DNA of 64,000 nucleotides from an uncultured Bacilli bacterium (GTDB lineage: Bacteria > Bacillota_I > Bacilli_A > RF39 > UBA660), in assembly GCA_947626095.1 (NCBI GenBank), contig CANQQV010000007.1:13882-77881 (forward strand). The letters are read 5' to 3'. Positions 63,960 to 64,000 of this stretch are shown piece by piece. The notes beneath the pieces are model-generated. The model made no database searches and was not told where the DNA came from. It saw only the letters and a list, made by a program, of their open reading frames with translations. The number at the start of each line of letters is the position of its first letter. The first letter of the stretch is position 1. A program made the position numbers and the translations under genes.

Positions 63960-64000
63960 AAATACCTCCAAATAAATAAGACCATCAGGTCTTATTCTTT

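Noticed and set aside
1-64000. Alternative genetic code (TGA=Trp, as in Mollicutes), considered because of the extreme AT-richness and the CIRCE-clpB link
   Set aside because: Long uninterrupted ORFs are obtained with the standard code. TGA also functions as a stop at coupled junctions (ATGA overlaps at 6423-6426, 10743-10746, 33976-33979 and 57596-57599).
1-64000. Search for CRISPR arrays, rRNA/tRNA genes, IS elements or transposases
   Set aside because: No spaced direct-repeat arrays, no structured-RNA-like GC-rich islands apart from the two T-box leaders, and no transposase-like ORFs were seen. Intergenic regions are short and are explained by promoters and terminators.

Overview
Very AT-rich chromosome segment that looks Bacillota-like. 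It uses the standard genetic code (TGA acts as a stop) and is transcribed almost entirely on the minus strand. All calls come from reading the ORF translations and DNA by eye; no searches were run, so family assignments are motif-based.

(1) 1-2.8 kb holds housekeeping genes: a degenerate UppP-like protein, rmuC, a DedA-family protein and a rhodanese.

(2) 2.8-32.7 kb is the most interesting region: a ~30 kb co-directional supercluster.
- One half is a Gram-positive-type type IV secretion module: VirD4-like coupling ATPase, lipoprotein, SpoIID-like+NlpC/P60 wall hydrolase, VirB4 split into two ORFs, VirB3/TcpE-like protein, 945-aa VirB6/TcpH-like protein and two VirB2/TrbC-like mini-proteins.
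- The other half is a Tad/Flp-like pilus module: TadZ-like protein, two short pilins and three pseudopilins sharing an unusual MKEA-G N-terminus, TadC, TadB, TadA/CpaF ATPase and a CpaB-like protein.
- It also carries a 1950-aa Cys-rich secreted giant and an embedded, separately transcribed flavoenzyme::GT-C-like fusion gene.
- I saw no relaxase, integrase, replication gene or prepilin peptidase.
- A membrane-anchored CxxC thioredoxin and a CPBP protease sit divergently at the right edge.

(3) 33-64 kb is mostly core genome.
- Identifiable genes: metallophosphoesterase, CotZ/CotY-like Cys-rich protein, FtsW/RodA, kinase-like protein, tyrS, surface proteins, N-domain-less clpB, alpha/beta hydrolase, Mur-ligase-like protein, leuS, GH31, radical SAM, CaCA antiporter, the rimP-nusA-ylxR-infB-rbfA operon, a beta-lactamase-like serine hydrolase and trmL.
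- tyrS has a T-box leader.
- clpB has a CIRCE operator.
- leuS sits in a T-box-controlled operon together with a LeuRS-fragment::NUDIX fusion.

No rRNA, tRNA, CRISPR array or transposase was recognised.
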